NCBI GenBank assembly: GCA_017478035.1
Contig: JAFVHA010000129.1
Location: 1-44,533 of the forward strand
Length of the DNA stretch: 44,533 bases
Reading direction: 5' to 3'
Source of the DNA: Paludibacteraceae bacterium
GTDB lineage: Bacteria > Bacteroidota > Bacteroidia > Bacteroidales > Paludibacteraceae
Shown here: in pieces, positions 8,931 to 19,031 of the stretch
Position numbering within the stretch: the stretch's first letter is position 1
Layout of the letters: each line of letters starts with the position of its first letter
The notes under the pieces: generated by a model
Seen by the model: only the letters and a program-made list of their open reading frames with translations
What the model was told of the DNA's origin: nothing
Databases searched by the model: none
Translations under genes and position numbers: made by a program

Positions 8931-9040
8931 TCGCAAAATCTGCCAAAATGGCAGAATTAATGCCTTTGGCATAAGGTTTGATTATTGACAATCGGACAAG
9001 CAAAAATTTGGAAATCATTAATATATTTAATTTAAATATC

Positions 9041-9316
9041 ATGAGTAAGATTCAACCCTTAGCAGACCGCGTGCTGGTTAAGCCCGCAGCTGCAGAAGAA
9101 AAGACTGTCGGAGGTATTATCATTCCTGACAGTGCCAAAGAGAAACCGCTACGCGGCGAAGTGCTCGCCGCAGGCGAAGGAACCAAAGACGAAGCAATGG
9201 TGCTCAAAGCCGGAGATCATGTGCTCTACGGTAAGTATGCCGGAACGGAACTCGAGCTTGACGGTGAGAAGTTCCTTATTATGCGTCAGAGCGACGTGCT
9301 GGCTATAATCAAATAA
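9041..9316 (+). CDS. groES: co-chaperonin GroES
   Basis: [15 protein letters not shown]...GGIIIPD. Start taken at the internal ATG 9041. Confidence 0.95.
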   Translation: MSKIQPLADRVLVKPAAAEEKTVGGIIIPDSAKEKPLRGEVLAAGEGTKDEAMVLKAGDHVLYGKYAGTELELDGEKFLIMRQSDVLAIIK

Positions 9317-9317
9317 T

Positions 9318-10982
<1,665 letters not shown>

Positions 10983-11016
10983 AAAAAAAATGGCACCGCA
11001 TGGTGCCATTTTTTAT
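10983..11016. terminator. bidirectional rho-independent terminator (groEL / GNAT gene)
   Basis: A-run, then ATGGCACC-gcat-GGTGCCAT, then a T-run. Confidence 0.85.
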
Positions 11017-11029
11017 GGGTGATTGTTCA

Positions 11030-11530
11030 TTAGCGATTAGTGATTTTAAGCCAAAGGATGGCATCGGACTCTAATGTCCAGCCGGACAAGACAGAAGAAG
11101 GAGTATAGCCTGCATTGCGATAAAGCGCGGTGCAGGCTGTATTGTTGGTAGCGATAACGGCGTACAACACACGTAGTTGCAAGAAGCCGAAAGCATATTG
11201 TTCCAGTTGTTCCAAAGCCTCGCGTCCTACCCCTTGACCGCGATATTCCGGCGCTATATACATTCCTATAGCCGCGCGTCTGTTGCGAGGGTCGAAATCA
11301 AAGAGATCGATACAACCCAATGTCAGACCTTCCTTCGGCCTGACAGACTCTATAATCAAGCGTAACTGGCCGTCTTTATAGATATCACCGGTGGTGGATC
11401 CGATATAATCGCGCAAGTCCTGCCGGGAAAGCGGATTATGGTTCGCTCCATCAGACCATGCCGAAGCATCGTTCTCCCATTGGTAGAGAAACGGCACATC
11501 GGAAGGCTCTATCTTACGCAGGCGTAACAT
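11030..11530 (-). CDS. GNAT-family N-acetyltransferase
   Basis: RGQGVG acetyl-CoA binding motif; about 166 aa. Confidence 0.8.
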   Translation of the reverse strand: MLRLRKIEPSDVPFLYQWENDASAWSDGANHNPLSRQDLRDYIGSTTGDIYKDGQLRLIIESVRPKEGLTLGCIDLFDFDPRNRRAAIGMYIAPEYRGQGVGREALEQLEQYAFGFLQLRVLYAVIATNNTACTALYRNAGYTPSSVLSGWTLESDAILWLKITNR

Positions 11531-11553
11531 GGAACAATTTAAAATTTATAACT

Positions 11554-11976
11554 TTAGCCGAAGAGTTTAGCCAAGAATCCTTTTTTCTTGGGTTGCAGGT
11601 TTTCCATGTTTCCTTGCGGAGCCGGTTCATACGGATGACCGGTGTGAATCATGTTATAGATGACCCCCCAGTCAGGCAGTCCTCCCAAATTACGGTCATC
11701 AATCCAAAGGTCCGCCACCAGTTTTCGGGCGGTACCATGCTCCGGTTCTTCCTCCGGATAATTCGAGTTTACCGCATAAAACTCCAGGCCTCTGGACTTG
11801 CAGTAATCCAAAGCCTCTTGCAGCAATTCCCCTTCGCGTACCGTCCAAAGAATAATCTGGTGATGGTCCTCCTCCTGCAGTTTCTTCAGAGTTTGGATAG
11901 CAAAAGGAATGGGTTTGCCAATCTTCGGGTACTCGTGGGTTACGATGGTTCCGTCAAAATCACAAGCAATTATCAT
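11554..11976 (-). CDS. HAD-superfamily-like small hydrolase
   Basis: N-terminal DFDGT (DxDxT) motif. Specific function not recognised. Confidence 0.5.
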   Translation of the reverse strand: MIIACDFDGTIVTHEYPKIGKPIPFAIQTLKKLQEEDHHQIILWTVREGELLQEALDYCKSRGLEFYAVNSNYPEEEPEHGTARKLVADLWIDDRNLGGLPDWGVIYNMIHTGHPYEPAPQGNMENLQPKKKGFLAKLFG

Positions 11977-11983
11977 AAGTTAT

Positions 11984-12018
11984 CAGTATTCAGTATTCAG
12001 TATTCAGTAATCAGTTAA
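11984..12018. repeat. tandem 7-nt word CAGTATT, 3 copies plus 2 variants
   Basis: CAGTATT CAGTATT CAGTATT CAGTAAT CAGTTAA. On the - strand TGA recurs every 7 nt. Confidence 0.95.
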
Positions 12019-12446
12019 TACGTCGGCACATTGGGGTCGTCGGGTGTCATCTCTTTCTCCATTTTACCGAGTGTCGGTTTTGAGAAATACCAGGCTATAG
12101 CTGCGATAGCCGCCACCCAAAGCATCGAGCGATATCCTCCCATCCCGTAAAAGGCGATGATACCGAGCGGCATCGTATTGCTAACCAACAAGATACGCGC
12201 GCCGGCACATTTGAAGTAGGCCTTTTCGGTCTGTGGTTTGAAAAACTTAACCAGATACAAGCCTACAGGTATCGTAATCAGCGCATCAAAAATAAGGATA
12301 TACTGCAATACCACGCCAAGCGTTGATTGTGGGTCAAGCAGCTCGTATAGTTCTTTCGAGAACGCATAGTACATCGCGGTCAGCACGATGAGCGCAATGA
12401 CCATTTGCCCATAATAAATCCAATTAAGTTTTCTTACTGTTTCCAT
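12015..12446 (-). CDS. small integral membrane protein
   Basis: Four hydrophobic segments. No family recognised. Confidence 0.5.
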   Translation of the reverse strand: METVRKLNWIYYGQMVIALIVLTAMYYAFSKELYELLDPQSTLGVVLQYILIFDALITIPVGLYLVKFFKPQTEKAYFKCAGARILLVSNTMPLGIIAFYGMGGYRSMLWVAAIAAIAWYFSKPTLGKMEKEMTPDDPNVPTY

Positions 12447-12459
12447 ACGTATTGAGTAT

Positions 12460-13074
12460 TTATACTTTAAACTCTGTTCTATTCACAATGGATCGCCCGA
12501 GAGTTATCTCGTCGGTGTATTCGAGTTGGTTACCTACGGCAATGCCCCGTGCAATCTGAGATATCCGCAGCTCCACACCGGCATTCTGTATTCTTCTATA
12601 GATATAGAAGTTCGTGGTGTCGCCTTCCATGGTGGTGGGGAGCGCCAGAATGACTTCCTGCACATCTCCTTTTGATATGCGCTCGATAAGGGAGTCAATT
12701 TCGATATCTTTGGGACCGATACCGTCCATCGGCGAGATGATCCCTCCGAGCACATGGTACACGCCGTTGTACTGCCCCGTATTCTCGATGGACATCACGT
12801 CCTGAATATTCTCCACCACACATATCGTGGCATGGTCGCGACGTGAGGACGAACAAATAGGACACAGTTCGGAATCGGATATATTATGACATTCGCGACA
12901 ATAAACGACCTCTTTTTTGAGTCTTGAGAACGCACCGGCAAAGGCTTCCACTTCTGCGTCCGACTGGCGCAAAAGATGCAGCACAAGGCGCAAAGCTGTT
13001 CTGCGTCCTACGCCCGGCAGGGAAGCCATCTGGTTTACCGCCTGTTCCAATACTATGCTCGGATACTCCGACAT
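12460..13074 (-). CDS. recR: recombination protein RecR
   Basis: LPGVG helix-hairpin-helix, CxxC...CxxC zinc finger and a Toprim region. Confidence 0.95.
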   Translation of the reverse strand: MSEYPSIVLEQAVNQMASLPGVGRRTALRLVLHLLRQSDAEVEAFAGAFSRLKKEVVYCRECHNISDSELCPICSSSRRDHATICVVENIQDVMSIENTGQYNGVYHVLGGIISPMDGIGPKDIEIDSLIERISKGDVQEVILALPTTMEGDTTNFYIYRRIQNAGVELRISQIARGIAVGNQLEYTDEITLGRSIVNRTEFKV

Positions 13075-13075
13075 C

Positions 13076-13105
13076 TCTCAACTTTAAACTTTCAACTTTT
13101 TTTAG
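13076..13105. repeat. tandem CTTT[ACT]AA-type words
   Basis: CTCTCAACTTTAAACTTTCAACTTTTTTTA. This is the reverse complement of the TTGAAAG/TTTAGAG family. Confidence 0.8.
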
Positions 13106-14528
13106 ACCATTTGGCAGGAATCATACGGTATGGATAACGTTCGCGGATATTCATAGCATTCGGACAGTCGATGCGGTGAATACGAATGCCTTTGAGTACG
13201 GAGACGAAGGCAAAAATAGGATCACCCGGCTGCGGATTGCAACACTTGGAGAGGTTATAATCGACATTCTTGACGTTCATATCCACCTCGATAGCCAATC
13301 CTTTGAGTTCGGATTTGTCCACGTACTCCGTGTGCTCACGCGGTCCCATCGCCTCTTCCGGTTCCTGAAGCACGTCACGAAGACGCTGAATCGTCTCCTT
13401 TCCGGTTGCGACAGCCTGATACATGTCGGACACCGCCTTATAGCCGAGACGGATGGCCATCTTGGTGATATCTCCCTCGGTGTAGTCAATCTTCCAATTC
13501 TTGAACTTGCGTTCAATAATCTCTTTTCCTTCCGACGCCTGTTTGTATTCGATCTCTTTGAGCGCCTGACGAATCTTACTCTTCGCCTTGGAGGACGCCA
13601 CAAAATTGAGCCAGTCGGCATTCGGGTGCTGGTTCGGTGAGGTCATTATCGACACCTGATCTCCGTTCTCGAGTTTCTGACGGATAGAGACATTCTGGTT
13701 TCGGATGGTGCCACCCACGCAATGCGCACCGACATCGCTGTGTATCGAATAGGCAAAATCGAGCACGGTCGCACCTTCGGGCAAACGTCTCAAGTCACCG
13801 GTCGGTGTGAATACATATACGTCTCCGCGCTCTTTGTTGACGATCTCTCCTTTCACCCCTTTGTACGCCCAGTGCGCCGCTACGCCCTGTTCCGCCACCT
13901 CGTCCATACGCTTGGTACGGATCTGCACCTCCACCCATCTTTTCTCGGGTCCGAGCACCGTGGTATGGAGCGATTCGTAGCCGTTCTCTTTAGGTACGGA
14001 CAACCAGTCGCGAAGGCGCTTCGGGTTAGGCGTAAACACGTCGGTAATCAACGAATATACCTGCCAGCAGTCGGATTTCTCTCTCTCGGGAGGCGAATCC
14101 AGGATAATACGGATAGCAAACAGGTCGTAAATCTTATCCACGTCACAGTGCTGTGCCTGCATCTTATGATAGATGGAGTGAATGGATTTCGGACGCCCTT
14201 TGATGGTAAAGGAAAAGCCTTCTGCTTTGAGTTTTGCCTCGAGCGGCGCAATGAAAGATGCGATATATGCCTCGCGCTCGGCTTTCTTGGCATTCAACGC
14301 ATGAGCAATATACTTATACGTGTCGTAATCGAGGAACTTCAGCGCCAGGTCCTCCATCTCCGTTTTTATCTGGTATAAACCGAGACGGTGCGCCATAGGC
14401 GCATGTAAATTCTGCGTCTCGCGAGCGATGTGTCTACGGCGTTCCGAATCCCCCTCAGCGTCCAACTGACGCAGTAATTCCAGACGCTCATTCAGTATCG
14501 AAAAGAGGACCTTATTGCTGTCTTCCAT
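13092..14528 (-). CDS. RelA/SpoT-homolog (p)ppGpp synthetase, shortened at both ends
   Basis: Synthetase motifs (GRPKSIHSIYHKM, ESLHTTV, EVQIRT), a TGS region and a CCNPQPGDPI...HRIDCPN Cys-rich region. Start set at ATG 14528; the GTG at 14552 lies in the -7 box. Confidence 0.85.
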   Translation of the reverse strand: MEDSNKVLFSILNERLELLRQLDAEGDSERRRHIARETQNLHAPMAHRLGLYQIKTEMEDLALKFLDYDTYKYIAHALNAKKAEREAYIASFIAPLEAKLKAEGFSFTIKGRPKSIHSIYHKMQAQHCDVDKIYDLFAIRIILDSPPEREKSDCWQVYSLITDVFTPNPKRLRDWLSVPKENGYESLHTTVLGPEKRWVEVQIRTKRMDEVAEQGVAAHWAYKGVKGEIVNKERGDVYVFTPTGDLRRLPEGATVLDFAYSIHSDVGAHCVGGTIRNQNVSIRQKLENGDQVSIMTSPNQHPNADWLNFVASSKAKSKIRQALKEIEYKQASEGKEIIERKFKNWKIDYTEGDITKMAIRLGYKAVSDMYQAVATGKETIQRLRDVLQEPEEAMGPREHTEYVDKSELKGLAIEVDMNVKNVDYNLSKCCNPQPGDPIFAFVSVLKGIRIHRIDCPNAMNIRERYPYRMIPAKWSKKS

Positions 14529-14551
14529 TGAGTCTCTATTAAAAAACGGCA

Positions 14552-14599
14552 CAAAGATACAAAAAAATTTGCATATATCAAAATATTTTTGTAATTTTG
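14552..14599. promoter_or_regulatory. back-to-back divergent promoters
   Basis: - strand -7 TATCTTTG (14552-14559). + strand TTTG (14568-14571) N20 TAATTTTG (14592-14599). Shared TTTGCATATATCAAA core. Confidence 0.7.
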
Positions 14600-14638
14600 C
14601 AGCGTAATTTGTGCAAACATATAAAAATCAGCAATAAT

Positions 14639-15403
14639 ATGAAAGCAACAAGAACTTTTGTGGTATGTGCTTTAGCCGTCGCAGCAGTAGTAATGGTCAT
14701 CTTCTGCGTACAGAGTGTTACCACGCCGATCAAGTTTGAAGAGACGCGTGCTCAACGCGAGATTTCAGTAATCAAAAATCTGGTAGATTTGCGTACAGCC
14801 GAGGTGGAGTACCACCATCAGAACGGTAGTTTTACCGCCAGTTACGACACGCTTCTTACCTTCCTCAAGACCGCTCCGAAGAAAGAGGTGATGAAAGAGG
14901 GAAGTCTGACCGACAAGCAGTTAGAGGCCGGTTTAACAGAGCCGAAAGCTATTAAGATTTTGAATGCAGCCAAGAAGAAAGCGCTGAGCAACAAGAAACT
15001 GAGCTTTGAGGACAACGATGCGCTTTACGCTTATATCTGGGCGAATGACGCAGACGTAAAGAAAAACGGTCTGGAGGGTTTCCGCCGTGATACGATTGAG
15101 TTGAACATGCTTCAGGCATTGTACAAAGGCGAGTATGACGAGACCACTATTGACCGCATCGCAGAGATTCCTTTCAGCGAGGGTCTGCGCTTCGAGTTGG
15201 AGGTCAATAACGACTACAAGACCAGTCAGGGTATCCGTGTACCGCTGTTCGAGGCACGCGCTCCGTTTGCCAGCTATCTGGGCGACCTCAACGCACAGGA
15301 ATTGGTTAACCTCATCGACCGCGAAGAGAAACTCGAGCACTATGCCGGTCTGAAAGTAGGTGACGTCTTTGCACCGAACAACAACGCCGGTAACTGGGAG
15401 TAA
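14639..15403 (+). CDS. membrane-anchored hypothetical protein
   Basis: N-terminal TM segment (FVVCALAVAAVVMVIFCV) and a charged soluble domain. Start at ATG 14639, downstream of the promoter. Confidence 0.55.
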   Translation: MKATRTFVVCALAVAAVVMVIFCVQSVTTPIKFEETRAQREISVIKNLVDLRTAEVEYHHQNGSFTASYDTLLTFLKTAPKKEVMKEGSLTDKQLEAGLTEPKAIKILNAAKKKALSNKKLSFEDNDALYAYIWANDADVKKNGLEGFRRDTIELNMLQALYKGEYDETTIDRIAEIPFSEGLRFELEVNNDYKTSQGIRVPLFEARAPFASYLGDLNAQELVNLIDREEKLEHYAGLKVGDVFAPNNNAGNWE

Positions 15404-15933
15404 TGCGGATAATAAGCGGCATATATGGGGGGCGGCGATTGTCGCCCCCTAAAAATATAACTGCGAGGCCGACAACCGACTTCGCGAAAGAGAGTCTGTT
15501 CAATCTGCTCAACAACCGAATGGATTTTGAAGGGATTGATGTACTGGATCTCTTTGCCGGTACCGGAGGTATCGGTATCGAGTGCGTGAGTCGCGGAGCA
15601 CGGGAAGTGACGGCGGTGGAGATTGCCCATGTGCAGCAAAATTGGATTATCAGTTGCTGCAAACAGCTCGGCATCCGCAATCTGAGCGTGATACGGGGCG
15701 ATGCGTTCAAGTTCCTCAGTGCCTGCCGGATGAAGTATGATCTGATCTTCGCCGACCCGCCTTATGCCTTGGAACAGTTGCCTGTTCTGCCGGATCTTAT
15801 TTTAGAGAAAGAGATACTCAAAGAAGGCGGATGGCTGGTTATCGAGCATGGCAAGGATACGAATTTCACAGCTCATCTGCGGCATGTGGAGACGCGTACC
15901 TACGGAAGTGTACATTTCAGTTTCTTCCAATAA
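15403..15933 (+). CDS. rsmD: 16S rRNA (guanine966-N2)-methyltransferase
   Basis: RPTTD, DLFAGTGG and FADPPY motifs. TAATG overlap with the upstream gene. Confidence 0.9.
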   Translation: MRIISGIYGGRRLSPPKNITARPTTDFAKESLFNLLNNRMDFEGIDVLDLFAGTGGIGIECVSRGAREVTAVEIAHVQQNWIISCCKQLGIRNLSVIRGDAFKFLSACRMKYDLIFADPPYALEQLPVLPDLILEKEILKEGGWLVIEHGKDTNFTAHLRHVETRTYGSVHFSFFQ

Positions 15934-15957
15934 AAAAGAGGCAAGTCGCCTCTTTTT
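15932..15957 (+). terminator. rho-independent terminator
   Basis: AAAAAGAGGC-aagt-CGCCTCTTTTT. Confidence 0.8.
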
Positions 15958-15963
15958 ATTTTT

Positions 15964-16008
15964 CTAGATCTCTAGATTTCTAGTATTCTAAATCTCTAGA
16001 TAGATCTC
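15964..16008. repeat. tandem 8-nt word CTAGATNT, about 5 copies
   Basis: ctagatct ctagattt ctagtatt ctaaatct ctagatag. Covers the manA stop and its last 6 codons. Confidence 0.9.
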
Positions 16009-16995
16009 CAATAGTTGACAACGGTCTTTGGGTGTGATGACGATGTCGTTGAGCATGGCGGGTATCAGTACCGCCTCGCCGGTTTGCATGGTTACGGTGT
16101 TGTCCTCCGTTTCGGCATCCAATGCCATGATCGAACAGGCCCCTTCTATACACATGTATGCCACGAAAGAGTCCAGGGGTGCATAATCGCGCTGGATAGC
16201 ACGTGTGGGACATAACAGATTCGCTGTGAAATACGGAGACTGCTGCAGGTTTACAGCACCGTCTTTGCGTGCCTCGGGATGCGTCACAGGGGCAAGCGAT
16301 GTATCCGAAGCGGCATGCGAATAATTCATCACTTGGAGCGCTTTCTCCAAATGTAGAGGACGCATCTTTCCGTCGTTGCCGACACGGTTATAATCGTATA
16401 GACGGTACGTGATATCGGAGTTCTCCTGTATCTCCGCCACGATGGTATTCCTCCGCATGGCGTGTACCGTTCCGGACGGTATATAGGCCACATCGCCCGC
16501 GCGTACCTTATATTCGCGCATGTAACGCGCGAGAGTGCCAGACTGAATGGCCTCTTTGATACGCGCCTCGTCCATCGGTTCGTTCCAACCCAAATAGATA
16601 GCCGCCTCTTCGGCAGAAGGCATCACGTACCACATCTCGGTCTTGCCCAGCGAGTCCTCGTTCTCCAAGGCATAGTCATCGTCCGGATGAACCTGAATAG
16701 ACAGGTCATCTGTCGCATCAATGAATTTCAGCAAGAGGGGAAAATGATTTCCGAAGACATCATACACACCCGTGCCTACCAGTTCGTCCATATAGACCTC
16801 CAACAAGTCCTGCAGCGTGTCGCCGGCGTGAGAGCCGTTGATGACCTCGGTCGGATACTTATCCACATCGGAAAGCACCCATGCCTCGCCGACGTTCTCA
16901 TAGTCAGCGGGCACATGGCTGTACCACTTCGCGATGGTCTGTCCTCCCCAAATCTTATGGAAGAGTTGCGCCTTGAATTTGAAAGGGTAAAGCAT
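15988..16995 (-). CDS. manA: class I mannose-6-phosphate isomerase
   Basis: MLYPFKF...KIWGG start and a cupin core with LSIQVHPDD. Confidence 0.85.
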   Translation of the reverse strand: MLYPFKFKAQLFHKIWGGQTIAKWYSHVPADYENVGEAWVLSDVDKYPTEVINGSHAGDTLQDLLEVYMDELVGTGVYDVFGNHFPLLLKFIDATDDLSIQVHPDDDYALENEDSLGKTEMWYVMPSAEEAAIYLGWNEPMDEARIKEAIQSGTLARYMREYKVRAGDVAYIPSGTVHAMRRNTIVAEIQENSDITYRLYDYNRVGNDGKMRPLHLEKALQVMNYSHAASDTSLAPVTHPEARKDGAVNLQQSPYFTANLLCPTRAIQRDYAPLDSFVAYMCIEGACSIMALDAETEDNTVTMQTGEAVLIPAMLNDIVITPKDRCQLLEIYLEI

Positions 16996-17001
16996 AAACC
17001 T

Positions 17002-17038
17002 TTGATTTATGATTGATGATTTATGATTTACAATTTAC
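17002..17038. repeat. tandem TGATT[TG]A words
   Basis: TTGATTTATGATTGATGATTTATGATTTACAATTTAC. TGA (+ strand) and TAA (- strand) occur in all three frames; counted by hand. Confidence 0.95.
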
Positions 17039-18056
17039 GGATGTGCTTTTCCCATTCCCAAGCGGAAGCGAGGACGTCACGGATAGGCGTATCCGCTTTC
17101 CAACCCAACACTTTGTTCGCTTTCTGCGGAGCCGCCCATACTTGTTCGATATCTCCTTCGCGTCGTCCGACAATGGTATAAGGAATCTTGATGCCGGTAG
17201 CGGCTTCGAACTCGTTGATGAGCGTGAGTACGCTGAGTCCTGTACCTGTTCCAAGGTTGAAGACCTCCACCTGCTCACGATCTTTGGCATGGAGCATACG
17301 CTCGATGGCTTTGACGTGCGCTTTGGCGAGGTCCACTACATAGATATAATCGCGGATACACGAACCATCGGGTGTGTTATAATCGTTTCCGAACACTTTC
17401 AGTTCGGGCCGAAGGCCGGCAGCCGTCTGCGTGATGAACGGCAAGAGGTTCTGAGGTACGCCGTTCGGCAGTTCGCCGATGGCTGCGGAGGGATGAGCGC
17501 CGATAGGATTGAAATAACGCAGGATGGTGGCATGCAGTCCTTTGTCAGCGTGCGCCTCGTCGCAGATGATCTCTTCGTTAATCTGCTTGGTGTTTCCGTA
17601 GGGCGAGAGAGCCTTCTGGATAGGTGCGGTCTCATCCACCGGCAGATGATTCTCATCCGGCTGTCCGTACACGGTGCAGGACGAGGAGAAGACGAGGTTG
17701 GGCACCTGATGCAGCCGCATCACTTCCAGCAAGGTAATAAGGCTGCCAATATTATTGCGATAGTAGAGCAACGGTTTCTCGACGGACTCGCCGACCGCTT
17801 TGCTGGCAGCAAAATGAATAGCACCGACGATATCCGGGTACTGGCGGAAAACGCTGTCGAGGTCCACGAAATTGGCACAGTCGATATTCGCGAAGTCCGG
17901 TTTCTTGCCTGTGATGGCTTCGATGCCGTCCAGGACGTCAATAGACGAGTTGCTCAAGTTATCCACGATGGTGACATCGTAGCCCTGTTGCATCAGCTCC
18001 ACGGCTGTATGCGAGCCTATGTATCCGGTTCCTCCGGTAACGAGGATTCTAGACAT
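17028..18056 (-). CDS. galE: UDP-glucose 4-epimerase
   Basis: VTGGTGYIGSH Rossmann motif and YGNTK catalytic motif. Confidence 0.95.
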   Translation of the reverse strand: MSRILVTGGTGYIGSHTAVELMQQGYDVTIVDNLSNSSIDVLDGIEAITGKKPDFANIDCANFVDLDSVFRQYPDIVGAIHFAASKAVGESVEKPLLYYRNNIGSLITLLEVMRLHQVPNLVFSSSCTVYGQPDENHLPVDETAPIQKALSPYGNTKQINEEIICDEAHADKGLHATILRYFNPIGAHPSAAIGELPNGVPQNLLPFITQTAAGLRPELKVFGNDYNTPDGSCIRDYIYVVDLAKAHVKAIERMLHAKDREQVEVFNLGTGTGLSVLTLINEFEAATGIKIPYTIVGRREGDIEQVWAAPQKANKVLGWKADTPIRDVLASAWEWEKHIRKL

Positions 18057-18095
18057 TGATGATTGATGATTTATGATTTATAATTTGTGATTTAG
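18057..18095. repeat. tandem TGATT[TG]A words
   Basis: TGATGATTGATGATTTATGATTTATAATTTGTGATTTAG. Confidence 0.9.
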
Positions 18096-18991
18096 AATAA
18101 TTTGGCGGGATAATCGCCTTTGGCGATGAGTTGATTGATTTTCATGACCACTTGCGGACGGTCTTCTGCATAGGTAACGCCGAACCATTTGGACGGAGTA
18201 TCCAGCACTTTGCATGTTGCTTTGCCGGCGGCAATCAGGTCATTGACCAGCGTCGGGATATAAAACTCGGATTTGAGTTCCTGTCCGTGCGCGAGGATGA
18301 ATGCTTTGAAGGCCTCTTCGGAGTATTGGAAATACTCGGGTGTGAAGCCCCACATGTTCATGGAAACGGGTGTGTTCGGAGCAAGCGGCGTGTCTTTGCC
18401 GTCTTCAGTGAAGACGATCTGTCCGTCTTTCTCCTCGATCTTCGTACGCTCCACCACGTCGGTGAGCAGTCCGTCAGCGTCGGTGGTACAAACGCCACGA
18501 CTAACGGCACCGTTCTCGCTGAGCGTGTTGCATACGCGGTAACCGACCATGCAGTAACGGCCTTGTGTTCCTTCCACCGAGCGCAGATAATCCGCCAGCA
18601 CTTGGAAAGACTCCTTGCCGTAGAAATCATCGGCATTGATGACGGCGAACGGTTCCTTGATCAGATCTTTGCCCATCAGTACGGCGTGGTTAGTGCCCCA
18701 TGGTTTGGCACGTTCGGGATTAAAAGTGCATCCTTCGGGCACTTTGTCAATAGCCTGGAAGCATACTTCGCACGGTACTTTGTGCGCATATTTGGACAGC
18801 ACTTTGTCACGGAAATCGGCTTCGAAATCCTTGCGGATGACAAACACGATCTTCCCGAAGCCGGCACGCAGGGCATCAAAGACGCTATAGTCCATGATGG
18901 TCTCGCCATTGGGACCCAGACCGTCTAATTGTTTCAATCCTCCGTAACGGCTTCCCATACCTGCCGCCAAGATAAATAATGTAGGTTGCAT
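18092..18991 (-). CDS. sugar-phosphate nucleotidyltransferase-family protein
   Basis: LAAGMGSRYGG nucleotide-binding loop at the N-terminus. Start at ATG 18991; the longer ORF overlaps the upstream gene. Confidence 0.75.
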   Translation of the reverse strand: MQPTLFILAAGMGSRYGGLKQLDGLGPNGETIMDYSVFDALRAGFGKIVFVIRKDFEADFRDKVLSKYAHKVPCEVCFQAIDKVPEGCTFNPERAKPWGTNHAVLMGKDLIKEPFAVINADDFYGKESFQVLADYLRSVEGTQGRYCMVGYRVCNTLSENGAVSRGVCTTDADGLLTDVVERTKIEEKDGQIVFTEDGKDTPLAPNTPVSMNMWGFTPEYFQYSEEAFKAFILAHGQELKSEFYIPTLVNDLIAAGKATCKVLDTPSKWFGVTYAEDRPQVVMKINQLIAKGDYPAKLF

Positions 18992-18992
18992 A

Positions 18993-19031
18993 TTATTATG
19001 ATTTTTGATTGCAAATTGATGATTGATGATT
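18993..19031. repeat. tandem TGATT-type words
   Basis: ATTATTATGATTTTTGATTGCAAATTGATGATTGATGATTC. Confidence 0.85.

Noticed and set aside
17013-18059. 348-aa + strand ORF covering the whole galE locus; similar shadows at 18131-18928, 21967-22629, 24298-24936, 31536-32228, 32923-33669, 36801-37568 and 39193-39861
   Set aside because: Each one mirrors a confidently recognised gene on the other strand. No family resemblance, and no promoter on that strand.
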